This document shows positions 39,194 to 51,484 of a stretch of DNA of 64,000 bases, one piece after another. A model generated the notes under the pieces. The model did no database searches, was not told the DNA's origin, and worked only from the letters and a program-made list of their open reading frames with translations. A program made the position numbers and the translations under genes. This DNA comes from Selaginella moellendorffii (Eukaryota; Plantae; Lycopodiophyta): positions 496,001 to 560,000 of the forward strand of contig NW_003314315.1 of assembly GCF_000143415.4 (NCBI RefSeq). The letters run 5' to 3'. How positions within the stretch are numbered: the stretch's first letter is position 1; every line of letters starts with the position of its first letter.

Positions 39194-39964
39194 GCCGCAC
39201 TCCTCCTCTCGCCGACCTACGAGGAAACCCTAGCCCTAATTCCTTGGATAACTCCTTGGATAAGTCGATCCTTTATACGAAAGCTCTAGAGAAGGCCGTC
39301 AAAAGCTACGAAGTCTGCGATGAGATAAGGATGGTGTCGAGGATGGAAAGAGAGGCTACGAGCTGGAGAATTTTCACTAGGATTCGGTGCCAGCAGCTCC
39401 CTACATTGCAACCGAGATAGAGAGGCGAACTGGAGCAGAGAGCAAGGAAGAATCCCGGCCAAGCCAGAACACCGTACTCCCTTTGCTGCAGCTTCACCCT
39501 TGACAGCAGCCGAGCTAGTCTCGGTCGAGCCAGGAGAGCATTATCTGGTTGTTGTCCGGGGCAGATTGGCTTGTAGCCGTCAGGAAAACACGAGTCAGAC
39601 ACGAGTGATTTATGAGTGCTGGAAGTGCCCATAGCAACGGCGGACTCCACCGTTTCGATGACTCTGTTGAGGTGTTGCAAGTACAAGGCATTTTGGTTAT
39701 TAAATGGAGCTCTCGTGCCGCATCCTCGCTGCTCCCATGTCCGGCACCTCAGTTTCATTTCCGGGAATAGAACCCGGGTCTTCCCCGAAATATCCAAGAG
39801 GAAAGCTTAAGGGGTTAGGGCTTTAGGCCGATCCGAGGAGCAAGCTGGTGTCACACTTTGTCGAGGAGCGGCTCTCTCAACGGCTACAGGGCTTTCGTTT
39901 CCCAAGGCAATTTCTAAATCCTTCGCTGCGGCTCATATAAGGAGTTCCATATGTGCATGGCTTC

Positions 39965-40900
39965 GAAATGAAGCTTGGTCACCAGGCTCGTGAGCTGGAT
40001 GAAGTTGAGGCTAGGTCTCTCCGACTTGAAGGAAACAGGCTGGTCTTTTCTTACTTCTTTGGATTCAAACTAAGTGGTGAAAGTTCAGATTGTTTTCTGA
40101 GGGCAGCTACGTTCTGGCATACAGCCTCTGCATGCAGGGCTTTAATCACGAGTGGAGGAGTTTTTCCTGGCTGCATCTAACGGGGCCGAGGCATTCCTGA
40201 GGCTGGAAAGGTATTGGGAAGCACTCGCAGATTGCAATGTGGTGCTGGAGGCAAATCCGCTGCATAAAAAGTGTCTCTTCAGAAAAGCGGCCGCTCTCGG
40301 CGTACATCGTGAAGCTCTCCGCTGTCTGGAGCTGGCTCTTCGGCATGCGACTGCTTCATCAAGGCCGAGTGTTGAGCAGGCCATAGCGAGATGTTCGAAG
40401 TTCCTGGAGCAAGGAGCTGGAAAACTTGCCGTGGTAAAAATAAATTTCCCTCTCAATACTGAGGGTCGGAAGCGGAGGAAGAGCTGCCGTAAAATTTATC
40501 CCTCGCGAAGCATCCTGGAGCAGGGAAGAAAAGCAGGTGTCGCGCCCCAGCCCGGCACGGGTGCCGATTGTCCGCAACCTCGCAAAGATCTATTGAAACA
40601 ATGCGTGGTAAGAAAGCAATATGTACCAGCACATCCTGGCCAGACCTGATTGTTATTTTATATCGCCCAAAATCTTTGCTTCCAATGGAGAGTTGGGAAA
40701 TGGGACGCCGAATCCCAGACCAGGAGGACGGCCGTAAAAAGAAGTGGCCGGCGGAACACTCTTGTTCGGGATGGACATGGCCTCGAGAACTGAAGCTTGG
40801 CGCTCAGCTGGTCCACGAGTGCGTCCGAGTGAGCAGCATAGCTCCGCATGTCCGCTGACACTGCCGCTGCGGCGCGAGCGTCCTCGGACGCACGGAGGTA
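39965..40900 (+). pseudogene. Degenerate TPR-repeat protein fragment
   Basis: LRLEGNRL; SNGAEAFLRLERYWEALADCNVVLEANPLHKKCLFRKAAAL; frame broken downstream. Confidence 0.55.
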
Positions 40901-41130
40901 TTGTAGATAGAGTCGTGAAGCGTCGTGAAATAATTCGTCAACACTATGGATAGCGGTGGCGAATTATTTGGAAAGGAAAAGAGGTACAAAAGCTTGCCGA
41001 ACACCAGTGTTGGCGAATTGAACACTATGTGTGACGATTATAAAACTCCGAAAGCAAAGATTTTGGGCGATTATCTTGGCAGAGCCAAGGAAATCCTCGA
41101 AGTACCACAACGTATCATCACGGATCAAGC

Positions 41131-41311
41131 TTGGATCGTTGCTAGACGTCCAGAGCAGTAACGATCCAGAGGGCCTTCGCATCTTCTACTTCCTCGTCCA
41201 GGCAAGTTGTTGTTTTTTTCTTTCCTCGTTGTGACAGATGGTGAGTTCCAGGAACTGAAGTGCTTTGCCTTCCCGCTCATCGGCCTCCACTTCAAGATCA
41301 AGCCAATCTAA
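41131..41311 (+). pseudogene. Mago nashi 3' fragment (inverted copy)
   Basis: [24 protein letters not shown]|GCAAGT intron|[19 protein letters not shown]. Confidence 0.88.
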
Positions 41312-41399
41312 GCCAGTGGGAGGGAGATACACAAGACCATAGCTGATAGAAGCTCCACTTTGATTAGTTTTTCCACCGTCTTCTTGTAAGTTGTAACAC

Positions 41400-42338
41400 C
41401 AGGTTCTCTGTCGACGAATGCGTGCAAAATTGTTTCTTGCCGCGAGATAGAAAGGCAAAAAAAGAAAAAAAAACCATCGTTTCTCCTGGAAGCTTTCACA
41501 TAAATAGATCGAGCGAGTCGGGGTTCCAATGCCAATGCCAAGCTGGGTGGCCAAGCCATCCCACAAAGGCAAGAGCGTCAAAACGACCAACACTAGCGCC
41601 ACAGCATAGACGATTTGCCTCCAAGTGCCAACATCAGTAACGTCGTTGAGGCAGGCCTTCTTGGACGATCGACCAACAAGGAGAAACAGTAAGAACTCTC
41701 TACGAGTCCGAACAGAAAAAGGTCTTGGAAGATAACACTGGGAACTTGCGCAAGTGTCCCTTGAGAGGCTCTTTTTGCCGAGGGCAAAAGGCCGACTCCC
41801 ACCATTGCAACCGAGAGAGCGAGTCCGGGGTTACAATGCCAACGCCGGCTAGTGCCACAGCATAGACCAGTAACGTCGTTGAGGCAGGCCTTCTCGGAAG
41901 ATCGACCAACAAGGAGAAATGGAGAACACACAGTAAGAACTCTCTACGAGTCCCAACAGAAAAAAGGCCTTGGAAGACAACACTGGGAACTTCTGGGAAT
42001 TTGCACAAGTGTCCCTTCAGGTGCTCCTTTTGCCAAGGACAAAAGGCCGACTCCCACCATTGCAACCGAGAGAAATTCTCCAGCCAATGGGCCTGCCATG
42101 GAAACGTCAAATTTTGCTTTCCGGTCCGCTTCTCCAAGCAATGGAGTTTTCATTTTGTTTGTGGTGGTAACTTGTGTGATAGCAGCGAAGCTACCAAGAG
42201 TCACTTACACACCTAAAGGTGCTGCAGTTAATCTATGTCCAATTTCCTGGAACAAAAAGATTACAAATATAGCAAGGAGACTTACATGAAACAGTTGCAC
42301 GTAAAAAACTCTGGCACTAGAAGATTTAATCCGTTGCT
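41400..42338 (-). pseudogene. Scrambled EGY1 fragments (inverted copy, exon pieces repeated)
   Basis: Reverse complement of EGY1 3' exons; the KACLNDVT and VAMVGVGLL segments each occur twice. Confidence 0.85.
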
Positions 42339-42546
42339 TAATAGTATTCTTACTTATTATTCCAATTGATCAAATAAAAGTTTATAATTATAAACATGTT
42401 TATAATTTATATACACAAAATTAAATTTGTTATTAAATGGTAGAATAAAAAAGAATGTACTAAAAAGTGTTTAAGAAAATTTATAAATTATAAATATAAA
42501 TTAATCTAAATGAATAATAACCACTAGATAGTAAAATATCCTAAAA

Positions 42547-45064
42547 CTAGCACTTGCCCAGCATATGCTGCCTAGTTAGCAAAATACTGTTTTGATTATT
42601 ATAATTTTTTATATTAAAAACTAAAATTGGAATAGTATCAAATAAATAAATATTATATTCCACTGGAAAGAAGAATTGAGGGAATTATTCACAGCAAATG
42701 TTAGGTGAACACAAAAATCAGTTCTTGTAAACTTGATAATATAAATATTTAGAACAAAATATATTCCTAGGCATAAGTAAGAATAAATATTCATTAATAA
42801 AAATATTAGATACAAATTATTATTTAAAATATGAATATATTTAGAAAAATACCAGACCATAAAAAATATACATGAAATTGCTATTAATAATAATATGTTA
42901 TATATAAATTACATTTTTACATGGGATAAACTTATATTAAGATATTATCAAACAAAAGAGAATAATTACTAAGAATAATTATTACTCTTTTTTATTAGCA
43001 AGACATTACTTAATTATGCAGTTTACTTAGACCCAAATCCAGTCAAGAAAATAATTACTAATAAAATCTTTTGTAAATATATATGCTATAGAAACTGTAA
43101 TTCCATATTATTACGTATTAAGAAAACTATATTTACAGTTAGGAAAAAGATTTTAAAATATTACTGCTTAATCAAATACTGCATACATTATTTTAGTTTT
43201 TCTGATAATGAGTTAGATTGTAAATAGTTAAGGTTACATATAAAAATATAATATGTACTCTTATTGTTGAAATTGTTTATTTTTTTTGTATTAACACTTG
43301 AAGTTTTGATCATGATCTTACACATTAATAAAACTATGTCAACCCACATTTAATATACCATCACTTAATGTTAGGTTTCATATGTTATAATGATATTTAA
43401 ACAGGCTATTTGTATAAAATATAGTTTTCATACTATATTTACAAATACAGTTAAATTAAATTATAAAAGTTAATTTTGACTTTAAATATTCAAAGCTTAT
43501 AATAATTTATAAAATAGAATAAATTTAGGATTAAAAACAAAGCTGTTCACTTAAAAATAAATATTCACTCTCTTAGAATAGCCTGTTAAACAGAATTAAA
43601 ATTTCTAGCAGTTTTGGATTTTGATCTGGTGATACCATCAAAAGACATACATAATTTATCACCTCATGGTTACAATTTGTCATTAGTTGTCAATGGCACT
43701 ATGCATTGCCATTTGGATAACCTAAAATCTCACCATAGCAAAAGACAAAACCTCTCAGCTCCTTGTGTCCTAATCTCTTGCACCCATGAATTCACCTGGT
43801 AAAGAAAGTAAAAAACTTACCATCCTGATGACCATGTGGATCTGCCACAATTAGAAGTATGTAAGCTGCTCCTTTGATGCCACTGGCTGAGAAACTACAT
43901 GCCAAGCAATTCTTCTGTTAAGTTGAGAGCATAAGAAAGTGAAAACTTTCAATGGGATTCTCAGGAGCAAAAACACCACAAAGTATCGCAAAAATCAAAT
44001 CAGGAAAAGAACAAAAACAGCAAGAAAAGACACCAAGAGTTGATCTTCGGTGCCTTGTGCCTCTACGCCCAACACTCACCTCTGGCCAGTGTCAAGTGCC
44101 CGGCACCTCTGTCAGCGCCTCTGCCTTGCACACCCTAGCACTCTAATGCAGTCTCTGCTCAGCCAGCCCTCTCTCAGCGCCCTCTGCTTGCCCAGCCCTC
44201 TCTTCTGCCAGCGCCTTAGTGCCTTGCTGAGCACCCTAGTGCATTCCTAGCTTGGTGCCTCCTCTCAGCGCCTCTGCCAGTGCCTTAGGCCGCTCTCTCA
44301 CACCAGCGCCTCACTCAGCACTCTACATTCTAGTCGAGCGACGCATCCGGATGCTGCAACACCTCGCTCCACCGCCAGGAGGAATGCCAGAGGCCGACAT
44401 GGCAATCTCGTGCCAGGAGTTTTGCTTGAGATCCAGCACCATGAGCTTGTCACTGACCAAGTAGGAGTAAAGCACGCCCTTGGTGCACAGTGATCCAAGC
44501 TCCATACACGGCCACGCCGTAATCTCCCTCCAAAGAAGCATCTAGTGAGCCATTTCCCTTGCGGCACGTAGGGGGTCGCGCCTCCCAGCTCGCCAAAGCT
44601 ACTAATGTGATTGATTGCCTTCTGGAATGCCTTGGTGTTAAGTTTGATCCCATTGCTCACTCCCCCAAAATCAGCATTTTCTCCATTGCTGTTGCATCCT
44701 TGGATAGCCGGCCAGCAATCACCCAGCAGGAACACATTTGTCATGTCGCTTTCTTCGCTCGATGGTCAACACCTTGCATGCGCCACGTGTCACAGTGCAT
44801 TCCTCTCTCGCCCCACACGGCTTGGCCGCCTCCCATTGGCCGGGAGCAAACACACTTTGCATGTGCCACGCGTCGCCGGGCCTTCCTCTCCCGCCCCACG
44901 CGGCTTGGCCGCCTCCCATTGGCCGGGAGCAAACATCAGCGCGATTATTCTCAAACACGTGGTTAAAGAAATAACCCCTTTACAGTTACCCCCCCATCGG
45001 ACGGCTGCGATTGGCTGGATCCGGCGGCCCACAAAGTTCGGCGTTTGCTCCTTATAGTAGTAGA
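42547..45064 (-). mobile_element. Non-autonomous Helitron carrying captured gene fragments
   Basis: 5' TCTACTACTATAAG at 45064; 3' hairpin CAGCATATGCTG then CTAG|T at 42547; subterminal GGCTTGGCCGCCTCCCATTGGCCGGGAGCAAACA repeats shared with the autonomous element. Confidence 0.8.
44545..44675 (-). pseudogene. Captured GH28 polygalacturonase N-terminal fragment
   Basis: DFGGVSNGIKLNTKAFQKAI...GGATPYVPQGKWLT resembles the DFGAxGDG...NTxAF...VPxGxWLTG motif. Confidence 0.7.
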
Positions 45065-48000
45065 TTAGCAATTGCCCAGCAAATGCTGGGTGGTTGGCAA
45101 ATTTGATGCCATTTGAAGAGGTTTTCTAAGCTTAGCTAAGTTTGCTGTTTGATCAACTCCACAATTGAAAGACATTCTCATAACCAAATGTGTTATAAGC
45201 ATTATATAAGCTAGATTAGATAACTGTTGAGTTGCATTGCTCCATTTTGAACACAAAAAGCCCAAAGAATACTTCCAAGTCCATCTTTGGTGCAAGTGTT
45301 GGTACTTGCTCCTCAGCCTGCTAGAGAGGTTCCTGGGATGAGCGAGAAACCATTATATTGCAATGAGAGCTGCACTCAAAAAGCAATAGGATGAAAACTG
45401 TACCTCTGCCATTAGCAACTAAATAGCACATGCCATAACCAAAATGGGACAGCACCCAAGGCACACTTGTCAATGCCAGCTTTGTTGTGGTGTGCATTTG
45501 AAACTCACAACTTCATGGTTGGATATAGAATTGTGCCATGTTTTTGTCAGTCTACTTAAGAATTTCAGCATAGACTGTATTCACAGTGTAAAAGTGTTGA
45601 TCATGTGGTATAAGATTGCCTTGAAGGGGGGTTGCAAGCACTTGAACACGAAGTTGTTCAGGTGATCTACACCTTGACAGAGCAACATAAAGTTGACCAT
45701 GTGTGAAAACAGGTTGGGGGAGGTAAATGCCAACACGGTCGAAAGTTTGGCCTTGGGCTTTAGAAATAGTTAAGCAATAACCCAGACGAACTGGGAATTG
45801 TCTTCGAGACATCTTGAAAGGGATTTCAACATCAGAAGGTGTAAGGGTAATACGTGGAATAAAAACTCGCGATCCCTTGAATTGTCCCGTGATAATTTCA
45901 CAATCTAAAACGTTTTGAGATGCTTGCTTGAGAATGAGGCGAGTGCCATTGCATAAACCAATTTGTGGAGATATGTTCCTAAGAAGAATCAAAATCACAT
46001 TTTGTTTTAGAATTAATTTGTGTGGTGGTAGTCCCGATGGGGTGATTGAATTTAAGAATTCAATTGGGAACTCTTCCAGGTGATCTGAGTCAACTGTGTC
46101 AATGCTCAAATAAACATATGGATCACCTGGTAGTCTTTCAACAATGTCATTATTTATTCTGAATGTGTCGTCATTGAGTGGGGTGAGAATAACCTTTGAT
46201 GCAGCTGTATAAGTATTTGTAATATCATCGGTATTTGGGAAAACAAAGTTTACAACAGATGTAGTGATAGATAATGCATGTGGTATTTTGATAATATCTG
46301 GTGGGAGACATGGCAACTGTAAACTACTATCACCGTTGCCAAGTTTGAGAAGCCATTCAGAAAAACAAAGATTACTTGAACGCATATTCTTTGTTAATGT
46401 TAGTGTTGTAAAGAGTGACCATAGTCTATTCATTTTAACTGAGCTTGAAATAATAGAAGTTCTATGGCCATGGGGAACAACAGGAAGGGTTTGACGAAAG
46501 TCACCACTTGTAATCACTATAACGCCTCCAAATGGTTTAGAATTACATTTGAGATGTTTTAAACATTTATCAACCACAGAGAAAGCATGTGAATGAACCA
46601 TACTAATTTCATCCCATATGAGAACATTTGCTTGTTTAATGGTTTTTCCAGCATCACTATTAATTGTTAAAGCAGAGACAGAAGTTTCATTTAAAGGAAT
46701 AGGAAGTTTAAAAGTCATATGTGCCGTTTGACCATATTTTAGCAAAATGCTTGCAATCCCAGTCCATGCCATACTGATTACTTTTATTTTTTTTAATTGT
46801 AATGCTGTAATGATGGTATTAAGTAGAAAAGTTTTTCCAGTACCACCAGGTCCATCAATAAAGAAACATTGATGTTGGTTAGTATCAATGGCATTTATAA
46901 TGAGTTCAAAAATATAACGTTGTTCATAACTGAATTGATTTATGTTTGCATTTATTTGGTCTTGTGATGGGTCAGGGATCTCTGTATTAAGCATGTGTTT
47001 GGTAATGGGAGTAAGAGTTGGGAGTGGTAAACCAAAATCATAATTAGATTTATTGTGTAGTTGGAATTTTGAATTGATATCGACTAAAGCAATGTCAAAA
47101 TAGTTTATGTCATTTCTAGCATAATCCTCAGACATATCAATTTTGAATTGATCCCATAATAGATTTGGATCTTTTGGTGAACAATACAAACAAATAAAAA
47201 CAAATAACAGTCTTAATTGGGATGGCATTTTAAAAGTAGAAGCTTCTTGCATGCAGCGTTGCCATTCTGAATCATCTGCTAAAAGTCCCATTGCCATAGC
47301 TGCTTGTTTAAAAGAGGAGAAAGTAACACCTTCGACAGTACATATATCCTCAAATGATATAGCACCTTTTTTATAGAGTAATATAAGCCGTAAGTGGTAT
47401 AACTCACTATTAGAAGGAGATATGGAATACATTCTTGGTATGAGTTTAGCTTTTCGCTGGCGTAATTGCCATCTATGAGAGGATTTGTTATATGTGTAAT
47501 ATAATGGAATTTGAGCATATGTATATTGCCTTGCATTAGTATCTTGCATGTTTAAATTGAACCATTGTGTAAGCATTGTTCCATTTTGAGTGGCTCTTTC
47601 TAGTGCTTCTTGTTCATGACCTGGTCTGAAATAAACGTTTTGAAAATTGGGTAAATGAACTGGAAGGCATATAATAGTTAGTGATTTATCATGCATATGA
47701 AACTTAAATATACGCCACATGGCTTCAGGAGCAGAAATATATCGAGCATCGACAAAACTTGAGATTTCGTCCCAATTTAAAGTCCCTCGTTCTTCAGATG
47801 CAGTTAGGAATTCTAATGTTGCACAGTCATAACCTTTGTATACATATTGAAATAAATATTTAATACTTTTAATAGAAGCACAGATCTCTACATTGATGTG
47901 TGCTTGATATTTCTTACAAAGGTATTTATTATAAGGAACAACCCATCTGTTGTCAATAGTACAACCATTTTTTATGAAAGTGCACCCGTTATTGGGACGG

Positions 48001-50753
48001 TAGTAATCAGGATAACCATCAACACAATAAATGGTTTCAACATTAAATTCTTTTGGATAATTCTTAGAGCATTTGTTATTTTCCATGCAAGGGCTTCTAG
48101 GATTTAAATTACCACATGGACCATGTATCATATGATTTATAATTATGTTATGCAATTCTGGTTCTAACAGTGGGTGTGGCAACTGTGCAGTGACAAATTC
48201 ATCAACTGAGTCTCGATTTCTTATCTTATCTTCGCTTGATAACATTGCTAAGAAATGACAATGAGGCAAACCTCTTTTCTGGAATTCAATAACATAAACA
48301 TATGCGATGCACTTCCCAAAAATTCCTTTGATACTTATGTCATGTAGGAATTCTTTAAGCTTTAAGTTGAAAACTCTTGAAATAAGATCAGGTCGATCCT
48401 CAGGTGATTCATTCAACTGTAAGTTTTGCACAATTTCAGGCCACTTTGGGTTGCATGTAAATGTAATAAATAAGTCAGGTTTTCCAAAATGTGTGACAAT
48501 AGCAATAGCATCTTGATAATGTTGTTGCATTGCTCGTGGGCTACCAGGAAATGTAGAAGGCAAAATTACAATTTTTCCAGGTTCAGCATTATTAGTAGCA
48601 GCTCTGTTGCTAACATAGTCCATAAGACCTGTGTAGTAATCCACTTTTAAGTGTTTTTGATGAGTGCGAAAGAAATTAAGGTTGTTAGATTCAACCTTTA
48701 CATAAGCATCAACTATAAATTGTTGAGTGAGTTTCCCAGCATGTAGCAATTGATCATAAAGGAAAGAGTTGCCAATGCTATCTCGTTGAGATAATCGATA
48801 TGCATAGTACTGGAGTAGCGTTACATGCGACTCATTGTGATAGATTTTTTCATGCCAACCTTTATCACCAAATGGTAAAAGTAAAGGATAAACCATAGGA
48901 TCACAATTTTCATTACGAATAGAGATTTTTATTGGCTGTGAGTTATATGGATGTATGCATATTTCTCTGTCAAGAGATGGCTCACCCTCATCAATAGCGA
49001 AAACAATAGCAACATCATTAGTTTGTGGCAAATTATAACGATGTAGATTAGTACTTTCACTTCTAACAATCATGTAAACACCACGTTTTGGGGTTCCATT
49101 GCAAATTGAGCGATGTTGTTCTTGTGATTCAAGATTATACATCATTTGAAAAGCTTGTGCATACGGGTTTATTATTCTTAGCAAGTTATCTAATTGTAAT
49201 AATAAATTAGAATCACAATTTGTGTTGAATGGGTTTTGCTTTCTAATATTTGTAGCCTCAGAAGCGTCAAGCATGTAAAGTTGTCCATATGATGGTGGCA
49301 CGTTAGCTGCAGGATATGCTGAAGCAATTTTGTGATAAATTTGACCATGTATTCTAAAGCAATATGGGCCTTTACCACTTAAATTATCAATATTAGCACC
49401 CATTGATGCAAAAGCCAAAGCACTGTTGAAATTTCTTATGTTAATTTTAAAATTGGAGTTTCTATTTTCATTAAAAAGCATACGCAATGTAGTAGGTAAA
49501 GATGAAAGCTGGGGAAGGGAAACCTTTCCATTCTGGCAGCACATTGATCTTGACTCATTTTCAAAATGTAATGCACCACAAAAGACACATACGGATGACA
49601 TATTTCCAATATTAAACAGTTGTATTGTATGGTCATTATAATTCTTTTGATGTGCTAATTTATAGATAGTATAACTGTGATGATTACATGTATTTGTATT
49701 AGTTTCATTAGCATTTTCAAGGTTTATATTTGTATGACCTTCATTAGCATATGCTATGTTTGTATTAGCATTGTCGAGATTTGAAGTAATTTTTGCATTA
49801 GCATGTTCAAGGTCTAGATTAGTTTCTTCATTACCAGATGCAAGGTTGTTGTGAATATGATTATATGTGCTAGTGTCAATAGTTGGAGGCAAATGGTGAC
49901 GTATGCCTCTTAATACTTCGCGAAGCCGAGGCATATTTGCTAGGGATGATAAATGAGATGAAATAACCTATCTAATGTCAAAACACTTATCTTAAAATTT
50001 TCAGAGATTCTACGTAAAAGCCAGAACTCGCCTTCTTCTTACACTGGAAAAAAAATTTAAAAAAAATAAAAACGAAGACTATACAATGAGAGCACAATCT
50101 GTACACACCTTAATCTGTAAACAAAAGAGACTAATCTAGCAACCAATAAAACCTAGACACAGGACTGGCACACCTTTTCCAGGGCGTGGTGAGCAACTGT
50201 GAGAGGTGGGTGGGGTTTGCAAGTTAGAGAACTCACCTTGGGCTTGTTCTCTCTCGCAAAAGGACAGCGACTGCAAACTCTCTGATGGTTCTGGATGTGA
50301 AGGCTGGCTCTGGCTTCAGCTCTACCACTGGATAGCATCCACAAACCCAAATGAAGACATTTCAAATTTTCACAGCACACAAAAATCCAGATTGTTGGGG
50401 TTGGGGGCCAAATTAGCGGCTGCTGGGCTGACTGTGAACACAGACCTTTGCAGGAAGAAGCACAATTGCTGCGATTGCCACTGATCCGGCAAGCAAGCGT
50501 TCCAGCAAGCAAGCGTTAGCTCAATTGCGGCAGGGCATCCAGGGCGAGCTAAGAAGAACGGGCACGGGGGCAGGACACCACTGGCACACGTGTCGCTGTG
50601 CCTTCTTCTCCCGCCCCATGCGGCTTGGCCGCCTCCCATTGGCCGGGAGCAAACATCAGAAAAATTTCTCGCGCAACCATGGCTACCGACCCTGGCCCGG
50701 GCCTGGGATCCAACGGCCGGCGAGCCTCCCCACTATCGCTTTATATGTATAGA
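45065..50753 (-). mobile_element. Putative autonomous Helitron
   Basis: A|TCTATACATATAAAG 5' end at 50753; perfect hairpin CCCAGCA-TT-TGCTGGG (45090-45075) followed by CAATTG-CTAA 3' end at 45065; intact Rep/helicase ORF. Confidence 0.9.
45552..49934 (-). CDS. Helitron Rep/PIF1-helicase transposase, 1460 aa, intronless
   Basis: Zn-finger-like CVFC...CCQNG, FITFTCNPKW, VIEFQKRGLPHCH (HUH), YLFQYVYKG (Y2), GPGGTGKT, WDEISM, GDFRQ, KAQGQT, HGQLYVALSR. Confidence 0.96.
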   Translation of the reverse strand: MPRLREVLRGIRHHLPPTIDTSTYNHIHNNLASGNEETNLDLEHANAKITSNLDNANTNIAYANEGHTNINLENANETNTNTCNHHSYTIYKLAHQKNYNDHTIQLFNIGNMSSVCVFCGALHFENESRSMCCQNGKVSLPQLSSLPTTLRMLFNENRNSNFKINIRNFNSALAFASMGANIDNLSGKGPYCFRIHGQIYHKIASAYPAANVPPSYGQLYMLDASEATNIRKQNPFNTNCDSNLLLQLDNLLRIINPYAQAFQMMYNLESQEQHRSICNGTPKRGVYMIVRSESTNLHRYNLPQTNDVAIVFAIDEGEPSLDREICIHPYNSQPIKISIRNENCDPMVYPLLLPFGDKGWHEKIYHNESHVTLLQYYAYRLSQRDSIGNSFLYDQLLHAGKLTQQFIVDAYVKVESNNLNFFRTHQKHLKVDYYTGLMDYVSNRAATNNAEPGKIVILPSTFPGSPRAMQQHYQDAIAIVTHFGKPDLFITFTCNPKWPEIVQNLQLNESPEDRPDLISRVFNLKLKEFLHDISIKGIFGKCIAYVYVIEFQKRGLPHCHFLAMLSSEDKIRNRDSVDEFVTAQLPHPLLEPELHNIIINHMIHGPCGNLNPRSPCMENNKCSKNYPKEFNVETIYCVDGYPDYYRPNNGCTFIKNGCTIDNRWVVPYNKYLCKKYQAHINVEICASIKSIKYLFQYVYKGYDCATLEFLTASEERGTLNWDEISSFVDARYISAPEAMWRIFKFHMHDKSLTIICLPVHLPNFQNVYFRPGHEQEALERATQNGTMLTQWFNLNMQDTNARQYTYAQIPLYYTYNKSSHRWQLRQRKAKLIPRMYSISPSNSELYHLRLILLYKKGAISFEDICTVEGVTFSSFKQAAMAMGLLADDSEWQRCMQEASTFKMPSQLRLLFVFICLYCSPKDPNLLWDQFKIDMSEDYARNDINYFDIALVDINSKFQLHNKSNYDFGLPLPTLTPITKHMLNTEIPDPSQDQINANINQFSYEQRYIFELIINAIDTNQHQCFFIDGPGGTGKTFLLNTIITALQLKKIKVISMAWTGIASILLKYGQTAHMTFKLPIPLNETSVSALTINSDAGKTIKQANVLIWDEISMVHSHAFSVVDKCLKHLKCNSKPFGGVIVITSGDFRQTLPVVPHGHRTSIISSSVKMNRLWSLFTTLTLTKNMRSSNLCFSEWLLKLGNGDSSLQLPCLPPDIIKIPHALSITTSVVNFVFPNTDDITNTYTAASKVILTPLNDDTFRINNDIVERLPGDPYVYLSIDTVDSDHLEEFPIEFLNSITPSGLPPHKLILKQNVILILLRNISPQIGLCNGTRLILKQASQNVLDCEIITGQFKGSRVFIPRITLTPSDVEIPFKMSRRQFPVRLGYCLTISKAQGQTFDRVGIYLPQPVFTHGQLYVALSRCRSPEQLRVQVLATPLQGNLIPHDQHFYTVNTVYAEILK

Positions 50754-50837
50754 TAATCAAATATATTTTAAGTATATTCATTACCATCTATGTTTGCTTA
50801 AGCAAACCAAAAATTAAGGAACGTGAGTTCCATGAGG

Positions 50838-51484
50838 ACCGTGATAAAACAGAGACAACGTACTGCCAGAGACCCGTCTTGACGCACTTGGCGGCGGCGA
50901 AGGCGAGGTGGATCCGCAGCGGCAGGCACAGCGGCGGCGCCACCGGGTCGCCGCGGTGGAGGACCTCAAACGGCCGGGCAAGCACGCCGGGACCACCCGC
51001 CAGCGCCGCCGGTCCCCGATGAGCCTGGCGAAGCTCTTGCTGGTCTTGGCGTCCGCGTGGAGGCGATCTGGGCGGGGTAGCGGTCGGCGTTGCCGCGCTT
51101 GATGATCACGTCCTTGAATCGGCGAAGCCATTCTTTTCCTCGGGAACCTTCGCCCTGGGAGGATCAGATGGGATCGCTGTGGGGATGCTCGACCAGGACT
51201 GGCCCCAGGATGGCTACCTCGCCGTCAAGGTGGACGTCTTCTGCTTTGGCCTGCTCCTGGCGGGGATCATCAGTAACAGGAAAGTCCACGACGTTGGGAA
51301 AGTACCCGGCGATCTCGTCGGGTGGCTTGTCCCGCTGGTGAGGACGAACCATGTCCTCCCCACCGTAGATCCCCGGCTGAGGCTACTGCCGGATCACGTG
51401 GAGCTCGGCAGGATCGCGGCGATGTGCTTGAATCCCGTGGCCGAGCGGCTGAGACCGCGGCGGCAGCAGTTCCCCTTCCGGTAG
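50838..51484. pseudogene. EGY/kinase chimeric fragment and rearranged kinase pseudogene (mirror of 36755-37262)
   Basis: Carries the same ACGGGTCTCTGGCAGTACG junction in reverse complement at ~50860-50878 and the same internal inversion. Confidence 0.8.

Noticed and set aside
39306-39797. 163-aa ORF upstream of mago
   Set aside because: Non-ATG start and no recognisable motif, so it cannot be supported as a gene
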